From positions 1-64,000 of the forward strand of contig CAXXYH010000001.1 in the NCBI GenBank assembly GCA_963677925.2: a stretch of 64,000 bases of DNA, given 5' to 3'. Below are positions 37,616 through 48,244 of this stretch, in pieces. The notes below the pieces were generated by a model. That model made no database searches. It was not told the DNA's origin and worked only from the letters and a program-made list of their open reading frames with translations. A program made the translations under genes and the position numbers. Within the stretch, counting starts at the first letter, position 1. Each line of letters starts with the position of its first letter. Source of the DNA: Spirochaetia bacterium (GTDB taxonomy: Bacteria; Spirochaetota; Spirochaetia; UBA9216).

Positions 37616-38401
37616 CTACAAAAGATTAAAAATTTTTAGTTTGTCAGATTTAAAATCCGGCAGATTTTCCACTATCAGCCGGTCTTCCGTAATCTGAATC
37701 GTTGTGGCGAAGGTAAAGCCGCTGTTATCGTATTCTACAGCATATCGTCCGAATAACGGCAGCACCTGTTTAATATCTCTTCTCCTGTACCAGGAGGAGT
37801 TATTCTCTATTACGGGACTGATGCCCCCTATGTTTAATTCATGACGGCAGCCTAAAAGCTTTTCTGCAGTATTAAAATCGCCTTCCTCTATGGAATTCCG
37901 TATTCTTGTACTGCTTACCGGTAAATCGCCGTCTATAAGCGGTTCAACGATATCAACCTTTATTCCCTGGGGTTCCAGCTGTTCTCTTGCGATTTCAGAT
38001 GAAGTATCTCCATTCCGCCCCAGCTTATGGTCTTTTCCAAGTACCAGATGGCTGAGTTTCATCGAATCTTTAAGACAATTGAAGAAATCCCTTCCTGACA
38101 GTTTACTGAATTCTGGAGAAAAGTCAATTAGAATGATGGCGGCACAGCCTGCCTCAATAAGCCGTTCAAGCTTCTGTTCATAGGTCAGAATGTCGCCTTT
38201 GTAAAGATCCGGTCTGAAAAGGAGAATAGGATTCGATTTGAATGTAGCAACAACTGGTGATGTGCCTTCCCTGGTTTTCAGACATTCTATCAGCTGCCTA
38301 TGTCCTCTGTGAACTCCGTCAAAAACTCCAACAGTAAGTGAGATCTCCTGTTGCAGAGGAAGCCCGTTTTTCAGTAATTCATTCCATCCAATTATATGCA
38401 T
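37616..38401 (-). CDS. ribF: FAD synthetase (RibF N-terminal FMN adenylyltransferase) with a degenerate C-terminal domain
   Basis: [10 protein letters not shown] and VSSTRIR; truB-ribF-rpsO context; no GFPTAN kinase motif. Confidence 0.85.
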   Translation of the reverse strand: MHIIGWNELLKNGLPLQQEISLTVGVFDGVHRGHRQLIECLKTREGTSPVVATFKSNPILLFRPDLYKGDILTYEQKLERLIEAGCAAIILIDFSPEFSKLSGRDFFNCLKDSMKLSHLVLGKDHKLGRNGDTSSEIAREQLEPQGIKVDIVEPLIDGDLPVSSTRIRNSIEEGDFNTAEKLLGCRHELNIGGISPVIENNSSWYRRRDIKQVLPLFGRYAVEYDNSGFTFATTIQITEDRLIVENLPDFKSDKLKIFNLL

Positions 38402-38404
38402 AAT

Positions 38405-39304
38405 TTATAAAGTCACCATTAAATATCTGTAATCACCATTAGAATATTCAATAACCGCACATAATGTCTTACCGCTGTATACAGCATAAGTTCCTGCAGA
38501 GTCAGGTTTCTTATCAAAAAATGAATCATCAGGTAGTGACCCGTGGGTTATATCCTGCAGTTTTTCCCGCTTTAAATCGAGTATCCCGATACTCTTGTTA
38601 TGTTTATTGATTGCTTCTATCGCAGCCCTGCTGTCAAGAAAATTTGATTCAGGATTAAATTCCGTTTCACTGACCGCATCGTCAAGGCTGAAAGGGCCAA
38701 CTTCTGTTCGCTGAAGTTCTGTCAGATATGCGCAGGTTCCGCATCTCTGTCCAAGATCCCTTGCAAGTGATCTTATATAAGTACCCTTGGAACAATGTAT
38801 ATCCACGCTTAAGAAAGGGCTTTGCCAGGAAGTTACTTCAAAAGAATAAATATGAATTTCACGGGACGGAATATTTACTTCCTCCCCCTTTAATGCCATT
38901 TTATATGCTCTTTTTCCGTTAACATGGACCGCCGAATATTTGGGAGGTACCTGTTCAATTTTTCCTTTTAGAGTTTCTATCTTTTCGGTTATTAATGTCA
39001 AATCAGGAATCGATCCTGTCTGAGTGACAACTCCTTCCGGATCAAGGGTTTCGGTAGTTTCTCCGAATTTTATCACTGCGCTGTATTTCTTATCAAAGCC
39101 TGAGAATATCTGATTCAGACGTGTATATTTACCGGAAAGAACTACAAGAAGCCCTGATGCAAACTGGTCAAGTGTGCCGGTATGACCTACCTTCACCTTG
39201 TTTCCGGAATGTTCTTTTAAAATTCGTTTTAAACCGTTTAATGCCTTAAAGGATGTAAGGCCGGAAGATTTTTTCAGGAGAATAATCCCGTTTGCTTCGC
39301 TCAA
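38405..39304 (-). CDS. truB: tRNA pseudouridine(55) synthase
   Basis: KVGHTGTLD, QVPPKYSA, CSKGTYIRSLARD. Confidence 0.97.
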   Translation of the reverse strand: MSEANGIILLKKSSGLTSFKALNGLKRILKEHSGNKVKVGHTGTLDQFASGLLVVLSGKYTRLNQIFSGFDKKYSAVIKFGETTETLDPEGVVTQTGSIPDLTLITEKIETLKGKIEQVPPKYSAVHVNGKRAYKMALKGEEVNIPSREIHIYSFEVTSWQSPFLSVDIHCSKGTYIRSLARDLGQRCGTCAYLTELQRTEVGPFSLDDAVSETEFNPESNFLDSRAAIEAINKHNKSIGILDLKREKLQDITHGSLPDDSFFDKKPDSAGTYAVYSGKTLCAVIEYSNGDYRYLMVTL

Positions 39305-39309
39305 ATTGA

Positions 39310-39687
39310 CTATTCCGTATTCTCCGTATCAGATTCGGGAGTGATTTCGAGTTCTTCAAGTTTCCTGGTCATCTCAAAACCGTCTTTTATAGAGGTATCG
39401 AATACGAAATGCGGTTTTGGTGTTGACCGGGTATGCATTTTCTTTCCAAGCTGTTTCTGAATAAATCCTGATGCGTGGTTAAGTGCATCAACACATTTCT
39501 TTATCTTATTTTCGTTTTCAAATCCGGAAATGAAAACTTTAGCATGAGAAAGATCATTGGATACTTCAATTCTGGAGATGGAAGCAAGCGTACTAATGCG
39601 CGGGTCTTTTATAACACCGCGCATAATCATACTGCTTATTTCTTCTCTCAGCAGGTTTTCTACCCTGTTCAGTCTGTATTCAGCCAT
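39310..39687 (-). CDS. rbfA: Ribosome-binding factor A
   Basis: IKDPRI, VSNDLSHAKVF, TP..HFVFD; follows infB. Confidence 0.96.
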   Translation of the reverse strand: MAEYRLNRVENLLREEISSMIMRGVIKDPRISTLASISRIEVSNDLSHAKVFISGFENENKIKKCVDALNHASGFIQKQLGKKMHTRSTPKPHFVFDTSIKDGFEMTRKLEELEITPESDTENTE

Positions 39688-39702
39688 TTAAAATCTCCTG
39701 AA

Positions 39703-42687
39703 TCAGCTCAGGTTCCTTGCTGTTTCCTTGATGATGAAAACTTCAAACTGGTCGCCGACCTGTACATCAGCATAGTTTTCAATGCCGATACCGCATTCAT
39801 AACCGGCATCAACTTCTTTTGCATCATCTTTAAAGCGTTTGAGTGATGTAATCTTTCCGGAATGGATAATTACACCGTCACGTATAACATGGGCCTGCTC
39901 ATTACGTTTCACCTTACCGGTAAGGACATAACATCCTGCAATAAGTCCGATTTTCGGAACCTTGAAGACATCACGAACTTCAACAGTACCGATGGTCTCT
40001 TCTGATAATTCCGGAGCAAGCATTCCTTCCATGGCTGCTTTTATATCTGCAACAGCATCGTAAATGATGTTGTATTTTCTGATATCAACCTTTTCCTGTT
40101 CAGCAAGAACAAGAGCTTTTGCTGTAGGTCTTACATGGAACCCGATGATAATGGCATTTGACGCAGAAGCAAGTGTTACATCGTTTTCAACAATAGCACC
40201 TGCAGATGCATGAATTGGAACCAGCCTGATTTCATCAGTGCTTAGCTTCTTCAGGCTTGACTGCAGAGCTTCTACGGAACCATGCACATCACCCTTGATA
40301 ATAACCTTGAGTTCCTGAACTGCACCGTCCTGAATGGAATCATAAAGGTTATCAAGCGTAACCTTACTGAGATTTTCAGCCTTGCCAAGCTTTTCAAGTT
40401 CCTGTCGTTTTTCACCTACCTGTCTGGCCGTTCTCTCGTTTTCAGTTACCTGAAATGGAGCACCGGCACTGGCAATACCTGAAAAACCAAGGATTTCAAC
40501 CGGTGTTGCGGGACCTGCTTCATCGATCTTATCACCCTTATCATCAAAAAGGGCTCTAACTTTACCGGGGAAAACTCCAGCAACGAAAGTATCACCGATT
40601 CTAAGTGTTCCTCTTTCTATAATTACAGAAGAAACGATACCGCGTCCCTGATCAACCCTGGATTCGATAACTTTACCTTCTGCACGGCAGTCATAATTAG
40701 CCTTAAGTTCAAGGATTTCAGCCTGTAGAAGAATAGTATCAAGAAGCTCCTGAACACCTGTTCCTTTAAGAGCTGAGATTTCACAGAATAAAGTGGAGCC
40801 GCCCCAGTCTTCAGGGATGAGTTCGTACTCTGAAAGCTGCTGTTTAACCCTGTCCGGGTTTGCTTCGGGCAAATCACATTTGTTTACTGCAATTATAATG
40901 GGTACTTTAGCCTCTTTTGCATGGTTGATAGCTTCAATTGTCTGAGGCATAACTCCGTCATTTGCTGCTACAACAAGAACTACTATATCAGTAACCTGTG
41001 CACCGCGGGCTCGCATAAGAGTAAAGGCTTCATGACCCGGAGTGTCAAGGAATACTATTGAACCCTGGTCGAGAGCTACTTTGTAAGCACCTATGTGCTG
41101 TGTAATTCCACCATGCTCATCTGCGACCTTGTCAGTTTTTCTTATTGCATCAAGGAGTTTTGTTTTACCATGGTCTACATGACCCATGACAGTTACAATT
41201 GGAGATCTCGGTTTAAGATCTGATTCTTCATCCTTTTCGCTTTCAATAATTGTTTCATCATAAAGCGAAACAATTTTTACCTTACAGTTATATTCAGCAG
41301 CAAGTATTTCAGCTGTTTCAGCATCTATCTGCTGATTTATAGTAACCATCATGCCCATACCCATAAGCTTGGCTATGAGTTCTGATGCCTTAAGATTCAT
41401 TTTTCTCGCAAGATCAGAAACTGTAATAACTTCCATCATTTCAATTTCAGAAGGAACCGGGTTTGCACGCTGAACAGTCTTTTTCTTGATTTGAAAATCT
41501 CTTTCCTGAACATCGTCCTTCTTTTTGTAGTCGGTCTTCTTCTTGGTTTTAAAAACCTTTCGCCCTGCGCTCTTCTTGTTTTCCTGTGAATCTGGTGCCG
41601 GACCTGCAGCCCCTGGTCGTCCAGGTCCGCCTGTTCTAGGCCCTCCTGGCCGTCCCGGTCCGCCTGGTCTACCCTGGTATCCGCTTCCGCCCTGGCGATT
41701 GCCCTGGTATCCGCTTCCGCCCTGGCGATTGCCCTGGTATCCGCTTCCGCCCTGGCGATTGCCCTGGTATCCGCTTCCCCCCTGGCGGTTGCCCTGGTAT
41801 CCGCTTCCGCCCTGACGATTGCCCTGGTATCCACCGCCATCGCGATTGCCCTGATAGCCACCGCCCTGACGATTGCCCTGGTATCCACCGCCCTGACGAT
41901 TGCCCTGGTATCCACCGCCGTCGCGGTTGCCCTGATAACCACCGCCCTGACGATTGCCCTGGTATCCACCGCCGTCGCGGTTGCCCTGATAACCACCGCC
42001 CTGACGATTGCCCTGGTATCCACCGCCGTCGCGGTTGCCCTGATAGCCACCGCCCTGACGGTTACCCTGGTATCCACCGCCGTCGCGATTGCCCTGATAG
42101 CCACCGCCCTGACGATTGCCCTGGTATCCACCGCCGTCGCGGTTGCCCTGATAGCCACCGCCCTGACGATTGCCCTGGTATCCACCGCCGTCGCGGTTGC
42201 CTTGATAGCCACCGCCCTGACGATTGCCCTGGTATCCACCGCCCTGGCGATCTCCCTGGTAGGTACTTCTGGTTTCGCTGTTATTGTCCCTGCTGTATTT
42301 TTCTCTGGGACTGTTTTCACGTGTTTCCTGTTTATTGTCAGAAGAAGGTTCAGAAACAGGCGCTGCGGTTTCAGTACTTTCATTAGCCGCCTGATTAGGT
42401 GAATAAAGATCGTCCTGTGCCCTGCCTTTTCTTGAGCCGCCCTGAGGACGCTCGTTTCGACCGGCTGTCTTGGAAGAATCATCAGTACGGACTCGAATAT
42501 TCTTATCCTTGGAGTCGGATGAATCATTTCCTGACGCAGGTACGGCTTTTACTACAGGTTTCTTTTTCTTCTTTACAACAACTACTTTTTTCTTTTCGTT
42601 CTTGGAAGCATCAGATTCCTGCGGCGCCTTCTTGTGTTTAATTAAAGTCGCTTTGGGTAAATTTTTCTTTTCTATTTCTTCTGACAT
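39703..42687 (-). CDS. infB: Translation initiation factor IF-2
   Basis: [38 protein letters not shown]. Confidence 0.99.
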   Translation of the reverse strand: MSEEIEKKNLPKATLIKHKKAPQESDASKNEKKKVVVVKKKKKPVVKAVPASGNDSSDSKDKNIRVRTDDSSKTAGRNERPQGGSRKGRAQDDLYSPNQAANESTETAAPVSEPSSDNKQETRENSPREKYSRDNNSETRSTYQGDRQGGGYQGNRQGGGYQGNRDGGGYQGNRQGGGYQGNRDGGGYQGNRQGGGYQGNRDGGGYQGNRQGGGYQGNRDGGGYQGNRQGGGYQGNRDGGGYQGNRQGGGYQGNRDGGGYQGNRQGGGYQGNRQGGGYQGNRDGGGYQGNRQGGSGYQGNRQGGSGYQGNRQGGSGYQGNRQGGSGYQGNRQGGSGYQGRPGGPGRPGGPRTGGPGRPGAAGPAPDSQENKKSAGRKVFKTKKKTDYKKKDDVQERDFQIKKKTVQRANPVPSEIEMMEVITVSDLARKMNLKASELIAKLMGMGMMVTINQQIDAETAEILAAEYNCKVKIVSLYDETIIESEKDEESDLKPRSPIVTVMGHVDHGKTKLLDAIRKTDKVADEHGGITQHIGAYKVALDQGSIVFLDTPGHEAFTLMRARGAQVTDIVVLVVAANDGVMPQTIEAINHAKEAKVPIIIAVNKCDLPEANPDRVKQQLSEYELIPEDWGGSTLFCEISALKGTGVQELLDTILLQAEILELKANYDCRAEGKVIESRVDQGRGIVSSVIIERGTLRIGDTFVAGVFPGKVRALFDDKGDKIDEAGPATPVEILGFSGIASAGAPFQVTENERTARQVGEKRQELEKLGKAENLSKVTLDNLYDSIQDGAVQELKVIIKGDVHGSVEALQSSLKKLSTDEIRLVPIHASAGAIVENDVTLASASNAIIIGFHVRPTAKALVLAEQEKVDIRKYNIIYDAVADIKAAMEGMLAPELSEETIGTVEVRDVFKVPKIGLIAGCYVLTGKVKRNEQAHVIRDGVIIHSGKITSLKRFKDDAKEVDAGYECGIGIENYADVQVGDQFEVFIIKETARNLS
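41671..42261 (-). repeat. Coding tandem repeat in infB: 16 x 27 bp, 5 x 30 bp and one partial unit
   Basis: Encodes YQGNR(Q/D)GGG x16, mostly alternating Q/D as a 54-bp higher-order unit, then [10 protein letters not shown] x5 and a final YQG. Confidence 0.97.
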
Positions 42688-42715
42688 AAAATTCCTTCAA
42701 ACAGCGTGTTTGTTT

Positions 42716-44269
42716 TTATTCCTCATCATCCTCTATTTCAAAACTGATTCCTACACCACAGTTAGGACAGGATGTCATTTCAAGTGTAATTGGAGAGCCG
42801 CACTCAGGGCACTCATATCCTTCTTCATCGTCATCCTCATCATCTTCCTCTTCGGTTTCAGCATCATCACCGGAGTCTTCTGAGTCGGAGACTTCTTCAT
42901 CGTCATATGCCTCGTCTTCGTAGTATTCATCATCATCGGCATCCTGACTTTCTATATAATCTTCTTCTTCTTCGATAATGTCAACATTCTCGGCTATGAT
43001 AGACTTTATCAGAGCAACATCATCAGTGCTGAGGTTTTCAATTTTCTCAAGTTCCTCATCCTGCATGGCGACAAGATCTTCTATCAGCTCAATGTCGTTG
43101 GCCTGGAGAGAATCGACAATTCTCTCAGTTATCCCCGGCAGTTCAGCGATTGCTGTAATCTCTTCAGTTTCATCAATATCACCAAACAGTTCAGAAACGG
43201 CCTTTCTGGATTCAACTGCTATATCAAGCTCATCAAACTGAGCTTCAGTTTTAACATCAATGTTCCAGTCAACAAGTCTGTTGGCAAGTCTGACGTTAAG
43301 CCCCTGCTTACCGATTGCAAGAGAAAGCTGACTTTCAGCAACTATTGCAAGAGCCTGCCTTTTTGCCTCATCAAGTACAATTATATCATTGACTTCAGCC
43401 GGCGAAAGAGCATTCTTGATGAAAACCCGCGGATCAACATCGTATTTAAGGATGTCAATCTTCTCTCCTTCCAGTTCGCGCACGATTGCCTGGATTCGTA
43501 CACCTTTCATACCTACACATGCACCGACCGGATCTACATCATCACGGTTTGAGTAAACAGCTATTTTTGTTCTGTATCCCGGTTCCCGGACAATTTTGAA
43601 GATTTCAACAGTTTTGTCGTATATTTCAGGAACCTCAAGCTCAAATACTCTTTTTACGAAGTCAGTATGTGTTCTTGATAGAATTATCTGCAGGCCGCTG
43701 GGAGACTTGTTGATTTCATATATAAGGGCCTTGATACGATCATTGGGTCTGTATATTTCACGGGGAGACTGAAAACGTTTCGGCAGGATACCTTCGGTTT
43801 TTCCAAGATCAACATAGATATTACCGTTTCGTTCACGCTGGTAATACCCGATTATCATCTCTCCGAGTTTTTCATTATATTCTGAAAACAGAGTGTCTTT
43901 CTGTATTTCCCGAAGGGTCTGCTTGGCTTTCTGCTTAGCGCTCTGAACTGCTACGCGATCAAAATCCATCGGATCAATGGGAATGAGAAGTTCATCACCG
44001 ACTTCACAGTCTTCATTAAGCTTAAGAGCATCTTCAAGTTCGATCTCGGAAACAGGATCGTAAACACCGTCTACAATTTCCTTCTTAGCGAAAAGTTCAA
44101 CTTCCGCTCCGTCTTCACTGAACTGAACTACTGCGTTGTCCACAGTACCAAAAGTTTTCTTATATGCTGCAAGCAGAAAATCTTCAATGGTTTTGATAAC
44201 CAGATCTTCTGAAATACCTTTATCCTGAACTAACTGTCTTATAGCATCAGCTAAACCACCGGCTGCCAT
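42716..44269 (-). CDS. nusA: Transcription termination/antitermination factor NusA with acidic tail and C-terminal zinc ribbon
   Basis: REPGYRTKIAV, DPVGACVG, SLAIGKQGLNVRLA; tail CPECG..CPNCG. Confidence 0.98.
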   Translation of the reverse strand: MAAGGLADAIRQLVQDKGISEDLVIKTIEDFLLAAYKKTFGTVDNAVVQFSEDGAEVELFAKKEIVDGVYDPVSEIELEDALKLNEDCEVGDELLIPIDPMDFDRVAVQSAKQKAKQTLREIQKDTLFSEYNEKLGEMIIGYYQRERNGNIYVDLGKTEGILPKRFQSPREIYRPNDRIKALIYEINKSPSGLQIILSRTHTDFVKRVFELEVPEIYDKTVEIFKIVREPGYRTKIAVYSNRDDVDPVGACVGMKGVRIQAIVRELEGEKIDILKYDVDPRVFIKNALSPAEVNDIIVLDEAKRQALAIVAESQLSLAIGKQGLNVRLANRLVDWNIDVKTEAQFDELDIAVESRKAVSELFGDIDETEEITAIAELPGITERIVDSLQANDIELIEDLVAMQDEELEKIENLSTDDVALIKSIIAENVDIIEEEEDYIESQDADDDEYYEDEAYDDEEVSDSEDSGDDAETEEEDDEDDDEEGYECPECGSPITLEMTSCPNCGVGISFEIEDDEE

Positions 44270-44286
44270 ATTGTTCCTCCGTTTAT

Positions 44287-44730
44287 TTAATAAAGTTTGG
44301 CTTTCTGTATAGAATCAAACATATATTTTACGGTTTCACCGTTTTCCGTTTTTATATCGACTGATTCTGTACCTGCCTCAACGATATCTCCGGTGAGCCA
44401 CTGACTGTCTATCAGAAGCTGTATCTTTTCACCGGCGAATACTTGAAACTCGTAAGCATCCTTAAGAATACGGCCGATTCCCGGAGAAGATATCTCGAGA
44501 GATACATCCCTGTTTTCAGCCCATACTTCAATTCGTGGCATTACAGCCCTGGAGATAGTGCCGCACTGGTCAATTCCAATCCCGCCCTTCTGGTAAAGTA
44601 CAAGATTTATCTGTAGGGTTTTATTGATGACCGCGGAACTGAGCCTGACGATAGACGCGTCATAACCATCACAAACGGGTTTTATTACTGAAAATAATTC
44701 ATTTTCTTCGTAGCTGTTATATTTCAACAT
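44287..44730 (-). CDS. rimP: Ribosome maturation factor RimP
   Basis: GIGIDQC..ISR and LEISSPGIGRIL; ATG 44730 with AGGTGG SD. The track's upstream extension is spurious. Confidence 0.9.
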   Translation of the reverse strand: MLKYNSYEENELFSVIKPVCDGYDASIVRLSSAVINKTLQINLVLYQKGGIGIDQCGTISRAVMPRIEVWAENRDVSLEISSPGIGRILKDAYEFQVFAGEKIQLLIDSQWLTGDIVEAGTESVDIKTENGETVKYMFDSIQKAKLY

Positions 44731-44756
44731 TCCACCTGTAAAAAACTGAATAGCAT

Positions 44757-44784
44757 AAAAAAAGAAGTCGTTGATAGACTTCTT
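44757..44784 (-). terminator. Intrinsic terminator (attenuator) in the rimP-nusA-infB leader
   Basis: Minus strand AAGAAGTC-TATCAAC-GACTTC-T7, lying between the promoter at 44840-44812 and the rimP SD. Confidence 0.78.
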
Positions 44785-44811
44785 AAAGCAGGTTTCTTCA
44801 GTTGTCAAGTC

Positions 44812-44840
44812 ATAATATCTTATTGAGATATTTATGTCAA
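44812..44840 (-). promoter_or_regulatory. Sigma-70 promoter of the rimP-nusA-infB operon
   Basis: Minus strand TTGACA-N17-TATTAT. Confidence 0.8.
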
Positions 44841-44869
44841 TAAAGACAGCTTTCCGTAAGGGACAAATC

Positions 44870-45616
44870 CTATATATCGATAACAAATGTAAGGCAGCGG
44901 ATTTCACTGCAGCCCTGGTCTCCCAGAACTTCCGCGCAGCAGTCAAGTGTTGCCCCTGTTGTAAAAACATCATCCAGCAGGAGTACTTTTTCAGGTGGGC
45001 GAATATCCTGCATGCAGCTTATTTTTCCATGCAGATTCTTTTTCCTGTGTTCATAATCAAGAGTTTTCTGGGCTGCCCCGTCTTCTCTTAACAGGCATTC
45101 ATAAACAGGCAGTTTGTATCGGGTGCGAAGAAGATCTGTGACCGTTTTTACCTGATCCCACCCCCTTTTTTTTACTGAAGACGGTCTGAACGGAACAGGA
45201 ACTAAAGTATACCCTTCCATTTTTCCGGCATAATATTGATTAACCATATAGGCGTAAAATGAAGAGAGATTTTTTATTTTACCGAATTTATATTCACGCA
45301 GGATTTTCTTGGAAAGCTCTCTGTATGTGCTTAAACTTTCCGATGATGAGAAATGCCAGGCATTTTCACGGCATCTCAGACATAATTCCCGCTCAGATGT
45401 CATCGGGTATCCGCATACACGGCATCTGTCCTCAAATATTTTTCCAAATATACCGGTTTCACTGATGTACTCATTGAAACATACTGAACATAGCGGAATC
45501 TGAGGTACTGACAGATTTCTGGATGACAACAGATTTACAGAACAGCCGATACAGTAGTCCGGGAGAATGAGATCTGAAAAAATGCGGAAAATATTCTTAA
45601 CGTCGGGCTTAATCAT
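44870..45616 (-). CDS. comF: ComF-family protein (double zinc ribbon + phosphoribosyltransferase)
   Basis: CxxC pairs, VPVP, RGWDQ, LLLDDVFTTGATL. Confidence 0.9.
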   Translation of the reverse strand: MIKPDVKNIFRIFSDLILPDYCIGCSVNLLSSRNLSVPQIPLCSVCFNEYISETGIFGKIFEDRCRVCGYPMTSERELCLRCRENAWHFSSSESLSTYRELSKKILREYKFGKIKNLSSFYAYMVNQYYAGKMEGYTLVPVPFRPSSVKKRGWDQVKTVTDLLRTRYKLPVYECLLREDGAAQKTLDYEHRKKNLHGKISCMQDIRPPEKVLLLDDVFTTGATLDCCAEVLGDQGCSEIRCLTFVIDI

Positions 45617-45650
45617 GTAATAAAGAAAAGGGTATAATTATTCTGCTGAT

Positions 45651-48239
45651 TCAGCTGTCCGCCAGCTTTTCCTTCCATGAAGAGATTTTATTTAGAGCAT
45701 CAAGGGGGGTCATTTTGTTCAAATCACATGATTTGATTTCGTTCTCAATCATTTCGGATTCACTGAAAAGCTGAAGATTCGGTGTATTAAGAGGCACGGA
45801 TTTACTTTTAATTACCTTCTGTTCAAGTTCTGCCTTGGATTCCAGTTCCGCCTGGATTTCACGGGCTCTGGTGATTACCGAATCGGGTATTCCTGCAAGC
45901 CTCGCTACATGTATACCGTATGATGCATCAGCCGGACCTTCCTTGATTCTTTTAAGAAAGATTATATTCTCATCCTTCTCGATTACCTCAAGCGACAGAT
46001 TTATAAGTCCCTGATGCTCAAGAAGAGTCAGTTCATGGTAGTGAGTGGCGAAAAGTGTTTTTGCTGAAAGTTTATCAAGCAGGTACTCAGATACTGCCCA
46101 GGCAATTGAGAGACCGTCATTTGTTCCTGTTCCGCGCCCTACTTCATCCATGATAATCAGACTTCTGGAGCTTGCCGAGTTAAGGATGTTTGCTGTTTCG
46201 TTCATTTCAACAAGAAATGTGGATTCTCCTCTTGCAAGGTTGTCGGAAGCTCCGACCCGGCAGAAGATCTTGTCAACAGTTCCGATTTCGGCCGAATCTG
46301 CCGGGACAAATGATCCTGATTGAGCCAGGAGTGCTATAAGTGCGTTCTGTCTTAAAAAGGTGGATTTACCCGCCATATTCGGACCTGTGATCAGAGCAAA
46401 ATAATTACTGCCGTTATCAAGCTCAAGTGAATTGGGAATAAAATCACCCGACGGCAGGTTTGCTTCGACTACGGGATGCCTTCCGTTTCGGATATCCATC
46501 TTTGAGCTTTCATTAACAACAGGTTTTACCCATCCGAATTTTGTAGCTGCGGTTGCAAAAGATGCCACACAGTCTATTTCAGCTATATAGGCAGAAAGCA
46601 GTAATAATGTTTCGATATCCTTTCTGATTTCAGATCTGATTTTTACGAAAATCTCTTTTTCAAGCTCAACCGCTTTTTCAGAGGCGGAATTGAGATCGGT
46701 TTCAAGATCTGCAAGTTTTTCAGTCGTGAAGCGTTCTGCACCAACGAGAGACTGGCGTCTTATGAAGTGTCCGGGTACAGCGTTAAGGTTTGATTTTGTC
46801 ACTTCGATAAAATACCCGATAATTTTGTTGTATTTAATTTTAAGATTATTGATTCCGGAATCTTCTTTTTCCTTTTCAAGGTATTCTTTAAGAATTTCCC
46901 GGCTGTGTTCTTTAAGCTGTTTCAGCCTGTCAAGTTCACCGTCCCAGCCTCTTTTAATAAGCCTTCCTTCAGTGAGCAGTATTGACGGGTCTTCATCGAT
47001 AGTTTTCTCAAGTAAATCAAGCATTCTGAGGCTGTTGGATACTGCTTCGTCAGGAAGCTTTGCCTCCTCATAATCCCACTCAATAAGAAGTTCATTAAGC
47101 CTCTGGACAGCTCTGAGTGAGTTTCTCACTGAAAGAAGATCCCTGGCGTGAGCCTTCTCCATGGCTATTCTGGAACTGAGTCGTTCAATATCCAGTATTG
47201 ATGACAGTTCAGCAGTAATTGCAGACAGCAGGATTTGATCATGGTAGAGTGAATTTACCCGCTCGAGACGGCTGTTGATTTCATCAGTTTTAACAAGCGG
47301 ATGAACTATCCAGTTTTTCAGCCTGCGGGCTCCCATTGCTGTTCTTGTGTGATCAACAACCTCAATCAGAGAATATCTTCTGCTTCCGTCTGTCAGATTT
47401 GAGGTTATTTCAAGATTCCTCAGGCTTGATTCATCGAGCAGAAGAAAATCACTGTCATTAAGAAGTTTTAAGGTTCTGACATGTGGAAGAAGACTTTTTG
47501 ATGTATCAGATAAATATTCAAGAATTACCCCGCAGGAATAAACTGAAGGATCAGAATCGGAAATACCGAAGCCCTTCAGTGATGAAACCTTGAATTGTCT
47601 TGTAAGCAGCTTGTATGAGTTCTCAAGATCGAAGGACCAGTCTGGGAAATGGTTAACTAATAGGCTGCTGCGATCTTTCAGAAGTCTCGAAATATCTGAG
47701 TTGCTTTCCGCTATAGACTGCTGTATAAGAAGTTCTCCCGGTGCAAGTCTGAGCAGTTCCCTTTTCAGGATTTCATACGCCGATTCAGCCGGATAGGATG
47801 ATGCGTAAAACTCGCCGGTTGATAAATCTATGTAGGAAATTGAAAGATGTTTTTTATAAATACCGGCCGACATGAGATAATTGTTTCTGGTGCTGTCAAG
47901 GAAATCTTCCTCTGTAACTGTACCGGGTGTGATGATTTCAACTACTTCACGTTCGGCAATTCCCTTGCCGCCCTCGGGCATTTTTACCTGCTCACAGATT
48001 GCTATTTTTCTGCCGGCTTTAAGCAGCCTTGCAATATATCCGTGCGAGGCATGATAAGGGATTCCGCACATAGGGATATTATGCCGTTTGGTAAGTGTAA
48101 GATTCAGAATTGATGAGGCTTCTTTTGCATCACTCTGAAACATTTCATAGAAATCTCCAAGGCGGAAAAAGAGGATTGAATCAGTGTGTTCAGCTTTGAT
48201 GCGCCTGTACTGGCGCATCATTGGCGTGTCAGTCGACAT
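45651..48239 (-). CDS. mutS: DNA mismatch repair protein MutS
   Basis: TPMMRQY, FRLGDFYEMF, TGPNMAGKST, MDEVGRGT, SYGIHVARLAG. Confidence 0.99.
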   Translation of the reverse strand: MSTDTPMMRQYRRIKAEHTDSILFFRLGDFYEMFQSDAKEASSILNLTLTKRHNIPMCGIPYHASHGYIARLLKAGRKIAICEQVKMPEGGKGIAEREVVEIITPGTVTEEDFLDSTRNNYLMSAGIYKKHLSISYIDLSTGEFYASSYPAESAYEILKRELLRLAPGELLIQQSIAESNSDISRLLKDRSSLLVNHFPDWSFDLENSYKLLTRQFKVSSLKGFGISDSDPSVYSCGVILEYLSDTSKSLLPHVRTLKLLNDSDFLLLDESSLRNLEITSNLTDGSRRYSLIEVVDHTRTAMGARRLKNWIVHPLVKTDEINSRLERVNSLYHDQILLSAITAELSSILDIERLSSRIAMEKAHARDLLSVRNSLRAVQRLNELLIEWDYEEAKLPDEAVSNSLRMLDLLEKTIDEDPSILLTEGRLIKRGWDGELDRLKQLKEHSREILKEYLEKEKEDSGINNLKIKYNKIIGYFIEVTKSNLNAVPGHFIRRQSLVGAERFTTEKLADLETDLNSASEKAVELEKEIFVKIRSEIRKDIETLLLLSAYIAEIDCVASFATAATKFGWVKPVVNESSKMDIRNGRHPVVEANLPSGDFIPNSLELDNGSNYFALITGPNMAGKSTFLRQNALIALLAQSGSFVPADSAEIGTVDKIFCRVGASDNLARGESTFLVEMNETANILNSASSRSLIIMDEVGRGTGTNDGLSIAWAVSEYLLDKLSAKTLFATHYHELTLLEHQGLINLSLEVIEKDENIIFLKRIKEGPADASYGIHVARLAGIPDSVITRAREIQAELESKAELEQKVIKSKSVPLNTPNLQLFSESEMIENEIKSCDLNKMTPLDALNKISSWKEKLADS

Positions 48240-48244
48240 GCAGC

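Noticed and set aside
41671-42261. Regular ~27-30 bp repeats resembling a CRISPR array
   Set aside because: The units are head-to-tail with no unique spacers, are in frame within infB, and no cas genes are present.
41436-42527. 363-aa alternative-frame ORF (..[18 protein letters not shown]..) and antisense ORF 41543-41815 within infB
   Set aside because: These are shadows of the stop-free 27/30-bp repeat, with no independent start signals or domain features.
44731-44973. 81-codon N-terminal extension of rimP in the ORF track
   Set aside because: It overlaps comF, the operon promoter and the leader terminator; the SD and family length support ATG 44730.
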